Positions 27,864 to 38,343 are shown, numbered from the whole stretch's first letter. The stretch: DNA of 63,981 nt, filler included, from Octopus bimaculoides (GCF_001194135.2; 5 parts of 3 records of this genome joined end to end with filler, not necessarily neighbours in it), one strand, 5' to 3'. Notes: generated by a model from the sequence alone, not told the origin. Numbers and translations: made by a program.

Positions 27864-28239
27864 CTAGAAAAAATTACAATAAAAGCATATGTTGTAACTT
27901 TATAATAAAAAGCAAATGACTTAACATTAACAGTTCTATTTTGGACTGGTTTTGACTCTTCAATGAAACAAAACATTACCTGACTCACAGAAACACTTTC
28001 AAAAAACAAAACTAATCCTTTTCTCTATACATTCTAACTTCCAGGAAAGAGCTGAAATCATTGACTGATGGGGGATATTACCTAACTTGAGAAGTGATGC
28101 AGTAAAAGGATGTAATATAATACTACAAGGCATTTAATCTTGCATTGTCAACTGATTCTGATATTTCCTTCTTAAAAAGAGATTCTATGTAGCCACTAAA
28201 AGATAGCAGCAAATATCTCTCTTACAACTTTAAAAAAAA

Positions 28240-28612
28240 AAGCGTAGCTTTGTTATAAGAGGCTTGTTTCATAAACACATGGTTGCAGGTTCAATCTCAC
28301 AGCATGCCACCTTGGCAGGTGTTTTCTACTCTAGTGTCGGACTGACCAAAGTTTTGAGAGTGGACTTGATTGACAAAAACTGAAGAGGCCTGTCATATGT
28401 ATGTGCATGCATACATGTGTGTGTTTGTGTGTGAGAGACATGTTGTGTCTGTGTTTGTCCCCACCCACTACTTGATAACTGGTGTTCGTGTATTTATGTT
28501 CCCATAACTTAGCAGTTCAGCAGCAATAACTAATAGAGTAAGTACCAATTCCACTAAAAATTCTGAAAGAAAGTGCCTCAGCATGGCCACAGTCTAACGA
28601 CTGAAAAAAAGT
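28240..28612 (+). mobile_element. SINE family 1
   Basis: Same position relative to the long exon as 10041-10427. Confidence 0.78.
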
Positions 28613-29058
28613 AGTCCTCAAAAGATATAAGAATTCATTCACGTAGATGTTGTTTTTACAGTGTAAGGATTTAATGTGTTTCCTTGGTCTTTAGACTCTC
28701 ATGGAAAGACAATTGGGACTAAACAACAATAACTGTAATAGTAACAACAATAACCACAAACATCACAACCAATGCTGCTGCTGAAGCTACTGGTGGTGGT
28801 GGTGCTGCTACCCACCACTATTTTAGAAAAAGAAGACCTTCCAGAAATTCACCTTAAAGAGCGAAACAATGATAAATCTAAAAACGACTGTTAAGGGTTC
28901 CGGTTTGAGATAAAACAGAAATGAGAGATAACAAGCCTGTGGTTAGGATGCTTGTCTGTTTCAACTCACATTAACAGAGGATCTACTAACTTATTTCCAA
29001 CAGCTACACAAACTCAATATGCTGCCTCGTACAAAATAAAAAAGTAGTGAGAACTAAC

Positions 29059-29092
29059 CGTGTAACTGCCAAAATATAATTTTGCTAGAAAT
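29059..29092 (-). CDS. Novel repeat-protein gene, most 5' visible short exon (34 nt; A+FLAKLYFGSYT)
   Basis: Acceptor ttcttttgcag, donor gttagt; phase 2 to 0; no start codon exon found upstream. Confidence 0.83.
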
Positions 29093-30009
29093 CTGCAAAA
29101 GAAAGGGATATACATCATCATCACTAACATCATCATAATAATAAAAAAAAAATCATAAGATTATAATTTTTTGTGCAATTAATTTCATTTTTAGACTAGA
29201 CCTTAAGATTCACATTAACCATATTCCTGCCAATAGCATCTGGCTACACCACCAGTCTATGCACATCATTTTTGAATTGGCAAAGAAAAAAACCTGTTTT
29301 CTTTTTTCAATTTTTTTTTTTTTGTTGGAATATGAAGAGAATATTGCAATTGAGAGATGAAAACCATTTTAACTGACCAGTTGTGGCTATTTTAAACTCT
29401 TTGGCATTTAAAAGGGTTGTATCCAACCCAAATGTTCCACCTGCTTTATGTTGAAAATAGCCAGATCTGATATCTCACACCTACCCTACAATCTCATTCT
29501 ACAAATAAACAATTATCTTATGAAATTTTCAAAGCTACAAGACAAACCACGGTCAATTCAAAATGATGTGCATAACGAAGCTTTACATTTCCCAGAGTAA
29601 TCTGATTGCTAAACGGTTAATCATTGTATATTTTTATAGTATCATCATATTTAATGATGCATATTTTAATGTCCTTTTAGACTGTACTATTTTCAAAATA
29701 CAACTCATAAGAATTTAACAATATAATTTGTCATAGATTATTTTATACACATTTGTATTGAACTTAATTTCAAACTGAGAAAGCTGAGATATATCCATGA
29801 AATACAGGAAAATATTGATTGAATCCATCAAATGATTGAGTTTGAATTTTCAAATGTAGCTTAAAAAAGTATTTAATTGATCTTCTGTTCTCAACACTTT
29901 TTGATAATAGCAATTTGTGAAAATATCTCAATTTTAAATTTCAAACTAAAAAAAAAAGAGAGAAAAATAAATTCATCCGTCCACCTACCCATCATATCCA
30001 GCCACTATT

Positions 30010-30109
30010 NNNNNNNNNNNNNNNNNNNNNNNNNNNNNNNNNNNNNNNNNNNNTTAATTAATTAANNNNNNNNNNNNNNNNNNNNNNNNNNNNNNNNNNN
30101 NNNNNNNNN
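30010..30109. other. Unsized assembly gap (N44-TTAATTAATTAA-N44)
   Basis: The same 100-bp filler recurs around 42828, 58422 and 62676; it gives stops in all frames and is not biological sequence. Confidence 0.9.
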
Positions 30110-30151
30110 ACACACGCACACATGTGCATACACTCATACATGCATGCACGC

Positions 30152-30189
<38 letters not shown>

Positions 30190-30699
30190 AAACAAAGGCA
30201 AACACACGCATGCATGCATACACGCGCACACACCTGAACACACACATGCACATACACTTGTGCATGCACACATATGCACATATACACACACATGCGCACA
30301 CACACACTCAGCCCGGTCCTGGATTCAAACTCACAGCCTCACGATCGTAAGCTTGACGCTCTAACCACTGAGCCATGTGCCTTCACACACACACTTATAT
30401 ACATGAGAAAGGTTGAGTTCAATTAGAACATTTTTACTTTGTGGGGATCCGGAGTTAGATTTCTAATAAAGATTTTTCATATTAAATTTGTAGCTTGCTT
30501 TTGCAAGTATTTTATTAAAATAATGAAAATTATACAAGCATAAGGTGTGTTATGAGCATTTATAGAACACGTGTCCTATATAAACTCAACAAACAATTAA
30601 AGATGGGGAAATGTTAAAAATTAAAAAAATTTTAATCCATGCATATGAACATTTCGAATGATAACACCTGCATGTAAGAAAACATGGAAGAGATTAAAT

Positions 30700-31042
30700 T
30701 GGTGCCCAGCGTTGCCTTCCTGGCACGTGTAAAGACATTCGAGCGATATCGTGCCAGTGCCGCTGGGGACTGGTTCCTGTGCAGGTAGCACGTAAAATAC
30801 ACCATTTTGAGCGTGGCCGTTGCCAGTACTGCCTGACTGGCCTTCGTGCCGGTGGCACGTAAAAAGCACCCACTACACTCTCTGAGTGGTTGGCGTTAGG
30901 AAGGGCATCCAGCTGTAGAAACTCTGCCAAATTAGATTGGAGCCTGGTGTTGCCATCCGGTTTCACCAGTCCTCAGTCAAATCGTCCAACCCATGCTAGC
31001 ATGGAAAGCGGACGTTAAACGACGATGATGATGATGACGATG
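30700..31042 (+). mobile_element. Young RTE 3'-end copy with (GAT)n tail
   Basis: CpG-rich and near-identical to fragments at 40552-40650 and 54825-54880; ends gcggacgttaaacgacgatgatgatg. Confidence 0.85.
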
Positions 31043-31854
31043 AAGAGAAGATGTTAAAAGTTTTTAAAGATTTTAATCCATGCATACTGTCGTTTCAAAT
31101 GGTAACACCTGCATGCAAGAAAACATGGAAGAGATTAAATTGATTATAATTATAATTAAATTAATTTAATTACATATTACCATTCTCCTCAGTGCAAAAA
31201 TGAACGACACATCAGAATAGTTGTAACAGATGAAAATTGTGCTATTACAGGAGACTACATTGAGTCTGTGTCGCATAACTCATTCAGACATGTGTTTGTG
31301 TGTGTGTGTGTGTGTGCGTGTGTGTGTATGAAATAATTGAGTGTCGGACCTCACGGCGAACAGGTGACTGAGTTTCTTTCAAGTGTTGGGCCTCATGTAT
31401 ATGTGTGTGTATTTGTGTGTGAATGTAGATGTCCTATATCTTTGGAATATTTATGCTTTTAATTATTTTTGTTTAATGACAGAGATCTTTTATCTCGGCT
31501 AATTTCACAATGCGTAAACAATGAGGTGAGATGGGGGTGGTTGTATATACAAGTCTACTATTGTGATTAGAAAAATAATTAAAAGTCGACAATTTTAATT
31601 TGTTAACTGGCGAGGGTGTTGTGTGCGAGAGAAGTACGACGGCAAGGCAATTAAACCAGAAGGCAGGTTTTAGGAAATACTAGTTCGTTAGAGCGTAAAG
31701 TTTATGAATATTGATTAGGCTTTTGGATAGGGTCTAGGTGGATGTTAATTAGTTGCCAAATAACATTTAGGGAGAAAATGGTGCAAAAAAAAAAAAAGAA
31801 ATATATCTATTTTATATAATGAGTAAAGTAGCTTGTTTTAAACTCTTTATAGAG

Positions 31855-32121
31855 TATAGTCCGCCCTTGAGTATAATACGCAGGGGATTTTTAGAGGGTT
31901 GTACCTCTGAAAAACCTAGACCTTGTGTATAATACGCACCCCTTCTCTAACTTGAGTCAAGGAGGTCTATATAACGTCCTTGGTTTGTAAACATACACGG
32001 TAACGTCCTTTATTATTATTGTATATATAACATAATGCAAACGTGTAGCTTTTTTATGCACTTTGTTTGCAGAAAATAAAGAAATAACAGTAATAACGTC
32101 AGTGAAAAATAAATATTAAGT
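31855..32121. mobile_element. Possible pogo/Tigger-like terminal fragment
   Basis: Repeated gtataatacgca motif (gagtataatacgcagggg, gtgtataatacgcacccc) resembles pogo-type subterminal repeats; no ORF. Confidence 0.3.
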
Positions 32122-32834
32122 NNNNNNNNNNNNNNNNNNNNNNNNNNNNNNNNNNNNNNNNNNNNNNNNNNNNNNNNNNNNNNNNNNNNNNNNNNNNNNN
32201 NNNNNNNNNNNNNNNNNNNNNNNNNNNNNNNNNNNNNNNNNNNNNNNNNNNNNNNNNNNNNNNNNNNNNNNNNNNNNNNNNNNNNNNNNNNNNNNNNNNN
32301 NNNNNNNNNNNNNNNNNNNNNNNNNNNNNNNNNNNNNNNNNNNNNNNNNNNNNNNNNNNNNNNNNNNNNNNNNNNNNNNNNNNNNNNNNNNNNNNNNNNN
32401 NNNNNNNNNNNNNNNNNNNNNNNNNNNNNNNNNNNNNNNNNNNNNNNNNNNNNNNNNNNNNNNNNNNNNNNNNNNNNNNNNNNNNNNNNNNNNNNNNNNN
32501 NNNNNNNNNNNNNNNNNNNNNNNNNNNNNNNNNNNNNNNNNNNNNNNNNNNNNNNNNNNNNNNNNNNATAATAATGGTTTCAAAGTTTGGCACAAGGCTG
32601 GCACAGGACATGCTCAACTGGCTTAGGTCAAACAATTGACAAGCAAATCTGTGGTATTGAGCAGAATATTTGCTGTAGGCCATCTTTTTATACCAAGACA
32701 AAACAATATACATGATAACCCTTCCAATCAGTTAACATCAAAAGCCATGAGAGCCACTGCCTGGTACTGCATCCATGCATTATAATAATAATAAGAAGAA
32801 GAAGAAGAAGAAGAAAGAGAAGAAGAGTACATAC

Positions 32835-33065
32835 TTGAATGGCTCCGATGATGTAGAAGGCATTCTTGAGTCTACTCTCCCTTTGTAAGATAAGCAACTG
32901 GTCAGGAGATGGTGGCACAGTGACTGCAGTCATGTTGTTATGGCTTGAATTCAGATTCTGTATGAGATAGCCATCGATGAACGGTGAACAGTCAACATTT
33001 AGCAGGAATGGTTCAGCGACCATCGGACTTAAGAAAGCTCCCATACCATAAGAAAAGTGCATGGC
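32835..33065 (-). CDS. MFSD4: MFS transporter MFSD4-like internal exon (AMHFSYGMGAFLSPMVAEPFLL...NAFYIIGAIQ)
   Basis: 231 nt, phase 0 to 0, acceptor ctctttattctacag, donor gtatgt; recognisable MFSD4-family motif HF.YG.GAFLSP..AEPFL following the SPFLQ exon. Confidence 0.85.
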
Positions 33066-33102
33066 CTGTAGAATAAAGAGAAATATACATATGTATGTAA
33101 GC

Positions 33103-33140
<38 letters not shown>

Positions 33141-33146
<6 letters not shown>

Positions 33147-33358
33147 AATAATAAATGGAGCAAAACGCATGTCAATGAAAGTTCCTTTAATTCCTACATA
33201 TATGTTTCGAAATAAATGATAGTTCTTTCACAAAGAAGAAAGAGCTGTTGGGGTTCCTCATTTATTTCTCTTCAGGGAGTTAGTGTTATTTTGCTACCTC
33301 TGGTAACTATTAACGTATTTAAATTATCGAAAGTTTTAATAACTGAGATAATATTAAT
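33141..33358 (-). mobile_element. Small hammerhead-bearing element (retrozyme/Penelope-terminal-like)
   Basis: 5' segment (attaatattatctcagtt...gttaatagttacca) and 3' tail (gcgttttgctccatttatt) are shared with 53115-53580; ends in (TA)n. Confidence 0.6.
33190..33280 (-). ncRNA. Type I minimal hammerhead ribozyme motif
   Basis: Minus strand: ACTCC-CTGAAGA-GAAATAAATG...CATTTATTTC-GAAA-C-ATATAT-GTA-GGAAT; complete core, 10-bp stem II closed by G-C, palindromic stem III, GUA cleavage triplet. Confidence 0.8.
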
Positions 33359-34270
33359 NNNNNNNNNNNNNNNNNNNNNNNNNNNNNNNNNNNNNNNNNN
33401 NNNNNNNNNNNNNNNNNNNNNNNNNNNNNNNNNNNNNNNNNNNNNNNNNNNNNNNNNNNNNNNNNNNNNNNNNNNNNNNNNNNNNNNNNNNNNNNNNNNN
33501 NNNNNNNNNNNNNNNNNNNNNNNNNNNNNNNNNNNNNNNNNNNNNNNNNNNNNNNNNNNNNNNNNNNNNNNNNNNNNNNNNNNNNNNNNNNNNNNNNNNN
33601 NNNNNNNNNNNNNNNNNNNNNNNNNNNNNNNNNNNNNNNNNNNNNNNNNNNNNNNNNNNNNNNNNNNNNNNNNNNNNNNNNNNNNNNNNNNNNNNNNNNN
33701 NNNNNNNNNNNNNNNNNNNNNNNNNNNNNNNNNNNNNNNNNAGCTCCCATGGTTACCGAGATAATCTACTATAATAATACTCTTGTGTTTATGAATGAGA
33801 AGGGAAGGGGTGATAGATGAATAAGGAAGGAAGGGGGGTGATGTCATACTTGGTAGTGGGATGATGAAAATTGTACGCTGAAAAAAATAAATCAAACAGC
33901 ATTTCAACTCTGTGTGAATTATAAGATCATAGGATGTGTTATAAGGACTAAAGATCTCAAGTTAGAACACAAAGCATGTGGAAAGTAGAAAGTCAGACAT
34001 TTTACAGTCTTAAACGGACATACTAAAATTAGAGACAATGTTCAATGGATCCAAAAGTTTCATCGACGGGCCTTTTCGGAGACGTGTCAGTTAATATGAC
34101 ATGAATTTCAAATTTTAAAGGAACCAGACTCTCCCCTTATCAGGATACTCCACAACACAAAAGACACCATGAAGACAATACAAAAGAGGACAACTCACAT
34201 AATCATGTTCCAGTCAATTCGGAAAATCTTAGACATTATAGTTATTCCCATTATATAATAGTTATGAATA

Positions 34271-34665
34271 TTGTTGTTGTTGGCACTCCGTCGCTTACGA
34301 CATCAAGGGTTCCAGTTGATCCGATCAATGGAACAGCCTGCTCGTGAAATTAACGTGCAAGTGGCTGAGCACTCCACAGACACGTGTACCCTTAACATAG
34401 TTCTCGGGGATATTCAGCGTGACACAGAGTGTGACAAGGCTGACCCTTTGAATTACAGGCACAACAGAAACAGGAAGTAAGAGTGAGAGAAATTTGTGGT
34501 GAAAGAGTACAGCAGGGTTCGCCACCATCCCCTGCCAGAGCCTCGTGGAGCTTTTCAGGTGTTTTCGCTCAATAAAACACTCATAACGCTCGGTCTGGGA
34601 ATCGAAACCGCGATTCTATGACCGCGAGTCTGCTGTCACTAACCACTGGGCCATTGCGCCTCCAC
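34271..34665 (-). mobile_element. tRNA-derived SINE family 3 with (CAA)n tail
   Basis: Minus-strand head gtggaggcgcaatggcccagtgg...ggtttcgattccc; imperfect TSD agttatg(a/c)atat. Confidence 0.88.
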
Positions 34666-35384
34666 AGTTATGCATATCAACCCATTAGGATAAACCAGTA
34701 TATCCAGTTAAAGGCCTGTGCAACGTCTCATTCAGACCAATCCGTTATGGTATTTTTATTGTATTTTTTAAATTCCATTCCCATGCTTATCCAAAACTAG
34801 CCATCCCTAGTTCAAGTCATACTAATTACATCCTTGCTACGTAATATAACATCTACTTGTATTTACTTCATTAATTATAGTATAATTTTGAATTATATTT
34901 TAAATTTTATTTTACAAATTTTAAATTAGTTCGTATTACAACTTTTCTTTATTAATGCTCTTATTCTTAGTCTTATTTTTATTTTTAAACTTCCTCAAAA
35001 ATGTCGAGTTGATCTTATGCATGCAAGCCGGAATAGCATCAATAAATTTATTCAACATGGCATGATTTCACACTCCGCAAAAAATTCCAAATTTTATTTA
35101 AGTTGCTTTGCAGGAAGGACTGTTCCAACGAAGTCACGTATTGTCCTTGCCTTTGAAACGCGGAGTAGATGGAACAGGGACAACTGACGAAGGGTTATAC
35201 TCTTTATGTTGCATGTCTCGTTTTTCTGTTTTTTTCTGTTGTTCGAAAAAAGTTCGTTTTCTGTTTTCGTTTTTATATTTTCGTTTCTCATTGTGTTTAA
35301 CGTTTTTTTGATGTCCTGTACCCATATATGCATGTATGTATACATATAGATGTAGGTATGTACATATATGTAGGGATATATGCA

Positions 35385-35415
<31 letters not shown>

Positions 35416-35895
35416 NNNNNNNNNNNNNNNNNNNNNNNNNNNNNNNNNNNNNNNNNNNNNNNNNNNNNNNNNNNNNNNNNNNNNNNNNNNNNNNNNNNNN
35501 NNNNNNNNNNNNNNNNNNNNNNNNNNNNNNNNNNNNNNNNNNNNNNNNNNNNNNNNATATATTTGTGGATCTTAAAATGTTTCATGAGTCTTCTGTTAGA
35601 TTTGCAGACCTTATGGCACACGATCTCAGATCAGGTCACTTGCTATGCAAGTACATCTCCTATATTTATATATTCCTTATGCATTCCAAAACTGAGTTAC
35701 AGATTTTGACGTATGGGGTATCAAAAGATTTAGTACTATTTGGGCTACAAATTAAACTTGAATTCCATTCACATATTTGCATTTCAAAAATTCAACATTA
35801 TAATCTATAATCTTTTCCGTAAACTATGTGACGTCACATTTTCCCTCTGTGTGTACCTCAAAAGACATCAATCATCAAGGCTCACACTCACTCAC

Positions 35896-35942
<47 letters not shown>

Positions 35943-36799
35943 GTCTCTGTCTCTCTCTCTTTCTCTCTCTGTCTCTCTCTCTCTCACATGCGCGCACTCG
36001 CGCACGCACACATACACAGCCATTTCATATACACGTACATACATCTTTCACTTTCTTTCTCTGTGGTTTTCAATTTCTCTTCAAATAAACTTCTACACAA
36101 TGAGCGGGAGAAACAAAAGATGATCTACGATTGCCAGACGATAATTATCGCAGCGGTTGCAAGGTATTTACAGTTACATATTTACCTTTAAATTAACATA
36201 CATATATATATATATATATAATGTGTGTGTGTATGTATGTATGTGTGTGTGTGTGTGTGTTTTCATATAATATCTACCAAATGTATTGGTGAGATAAAAC
36301 ATGTAATCGTTACCAAAATAGCAAAAATTCGTCCACAATGGTCCATAGTAAGCTCCTTATGGATCGATCTCCTTGGTTATATATCAAAAATGTATATATA
36401 TAGATATATATATATATATATAAATTTATCTATAATAATTATTGTGGGATTTATTGTTTAACTCGCAGTTTATACATGTGCTTCTGTTTGGTTAATTTAT
36501 TATACTGCAAACAAAAATAAAACCATACTACATACAACTGCTTACAAAAATAGGGATTAATGTATAATTTCGATTGAAAAGATCCTTTCTCTCTGTGTTC
36601 CTTATTTTATTGTTTACAATATTGAAAAAAAAAAATGCCACCAAAGCAAGGAGGATTGTAGAAAAAAATGAAGGCAAGAGTTTGAAGAGAGAAGATAGGA
36701 TTTTCTCAAGATTTTCTCAAGATTTTCTCAAGATCAGCAAATGCATGTTTGCAGCAATTAATGCTGGATCATTAAATCAATGTTTTAATAATTAGATGG

Positions 36800-37110
36800 A
36801 GGTCCGGTAGAATTGATCTCAGAAACAAACTACGTACAAATTCGTTCTTCACAACTCCTGAAGCTGTTTTCAGATATGATCCATCCCATTCTTATATAAA
36901 AATGATGGTATGTGCTGCTCAGGCGGTCAGGTAACATTGCCAGCCCTACCAGCTCCTTCTCAACCTCTTATGGAACTTCTAGAAGGTTCCAGAAGGCACT
37001 TCCATCCAGTCAAAGGATTTTCTGAACAATTTCAGACAATACAACTCTGCATTTTAAATGACATCGTTTACTGCATCTAAGAAGATCCGATGGGGTTGAT
37101 ATTTACAAAT
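36800..37110 (+). mobile_element. Helitron Rep/helicase N-terminal fragment
   Basis: MCCSGGQVTLPALPAPSQPLMELLEG, then after a frameshift DFLNNFRQYNSAF*MTSF, a typical Helitron Rep motif. Confidence 0.75.
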
Positions 37111-37213
37111 GACCTGGAAATAAAAATCCCCCCAAAATCCTGGAATGGGTGTAAAACAATGTGTAGGAAACGAATGGGGGGAAAAATGCGCGCAAAGCAA
37201 CAGGAAGATGGAC

Positions 37214-37466
37214 AGAGAGGACTTCGGAAAATTCACAAGATTCGAGTTTTTCCCTCATAACTTTTAGGAAAATGGGGGGTTTTTTCAACGAAATTTCATA
37301 GAAATACCATTCAAATGGCATACATTACGATTATAAAGAAATTTGTGGGCAAAATGTTTTCCAAGCGGGTGGGGAGAGGACTTCGGAAAATTCACAAGAT
37401 TCGAGTTTTTCCCTCATAACTTTTAGGAAAATGGGGGGTTTTTTCAACGAAATTTCATAGAAATAC
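37214..37466. repeat. ~93-bp direct repeat (37214-37307 / 37374-37466)
   Basis: gagaggacttcggaaaattcacaag...catagaaatac occurs twice, ending at a gap. Confidence 0.85.
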
Positions 37467-38002
37467 NNNNNNNNNNNNNNNNNNNNNNNNNNNNNNNNNN
37501 NNNNNNNNNNNNNNNNNNNNNNNNNNNNNNNNNNNNNNNNNNNNNNNNNNNNNNNNNNNNNNNNNNNNNNNNNNNNNNNNNNNNNNNNNNNNNNNNNNNN
37601 NNNNNNNNNNNNNNNNNNNNNNNNNNNNNNNNNNNNNNNNNNNNNNNNNNNNNNNNNNNNNNNNNNNNNNNNNNNNNNNNNNNNNNNNNNNNNNNNNNNN
37701 NNNNNNNNNNNNNNNNNNNNNNNNNNNNNAACATTTCATTGAATACACCTGAAACGTAACAGGTAAAACTTTGGTCTGGCTTGAAGTGGTAAAGCATCTC
37801 GGCTTTGTTCCTGACTAAAAACAGATTTGTCTTTCATTCCAGTTGCCCTTTGTTGACATTTGAAATGGATGTCCAAAAGTTTCATATTCTTGTTGTAATG
37901 CTTACAGACAAACAGACAGAGAGAGAGAAAGGGAGTGGGCGCATTGAATACAAAAGAACTTCAAAAACGCAAAATAAAAAAAAGAACGAAGGACTTGTTT
38001 AC

Positions 38003-38198
38003 CTGAAGAAATGGTGAGACATTGTTTTTGAAGAGGTTGATCATCCCAAGATTGGAAATGCAGTCGATGCATCCCATGCACAGCCCCATCAACATGACGA
38101 TGAGCACCAGACTGGCAAGACCGGTGCACGACGGGATGACGAACATGGTCAATGGCATGCCGACCATGGCGAGGAAGAGTAGGAAGGCGACGGCGCAT
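38003..38198 (-). CDS. MFSD4: MFS transporter MFSD4-like internal exon (A+CAVAFLLFLAMVGMPLTMFVIPSC...MGCIDCISNLGMINLFKNNVSPFLQ)
   Basis: 196 nt, acceptor ttctttcctttccag, donor gtaaac; MGCID..N...SPFLQ motif typical of the MFSD4 family; in frame with the 32835-33065 exon. Confidence 0.88.
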
Positions 38199-38232
38199 CT
38201 GGAAAGGAAAGAAGAAAAAGAATAGAAATTAA

Positions 38233-38265
<33 letters not shown>

Positions 38266-38343
38266 AATTATCACCACCATCATTATCATCATCATCATCA
38301 TCATTCTTATCGTCATCCTTGTTCCACCAGTATATAAGAGAAA

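Larger units (their letters stand above)
1..30009. repeat. Tandem segmental duplication: units ~1-11620, ~11620-22110, ~22110-29170, plus partial unit 29170-30009
   Basis: Homologous intronic blocks: 3711-4490/16219-17010/25347-26060; 9666-10030/27864-28210; 11100-11480/28690-29050; 750-1235/29215-29715; 13310-13410/29910-30009; 1-110/11625-11730/22110-22230. Confidence 0.92.

Noticed and set aside
3651-29092. Assignment of the repeat to EF-hand, ankyrin, TPR or villin-headpiece families
   Set aside because: SYEDF resembles an EF-hand exit helix and the length matches ankyrin, but the Ca-binding loop and family consensus residues are absent.
31190-31286. 32-codon minus-strand frame (MRHRLNVVSC...FALRRM) ending at a GT donor, as first exon of the repeat gene
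   Set aside because: It ends in phase 0 whereas the next visible exon needs phase 2, is not signal-peptide-like, and has no paralogous support.
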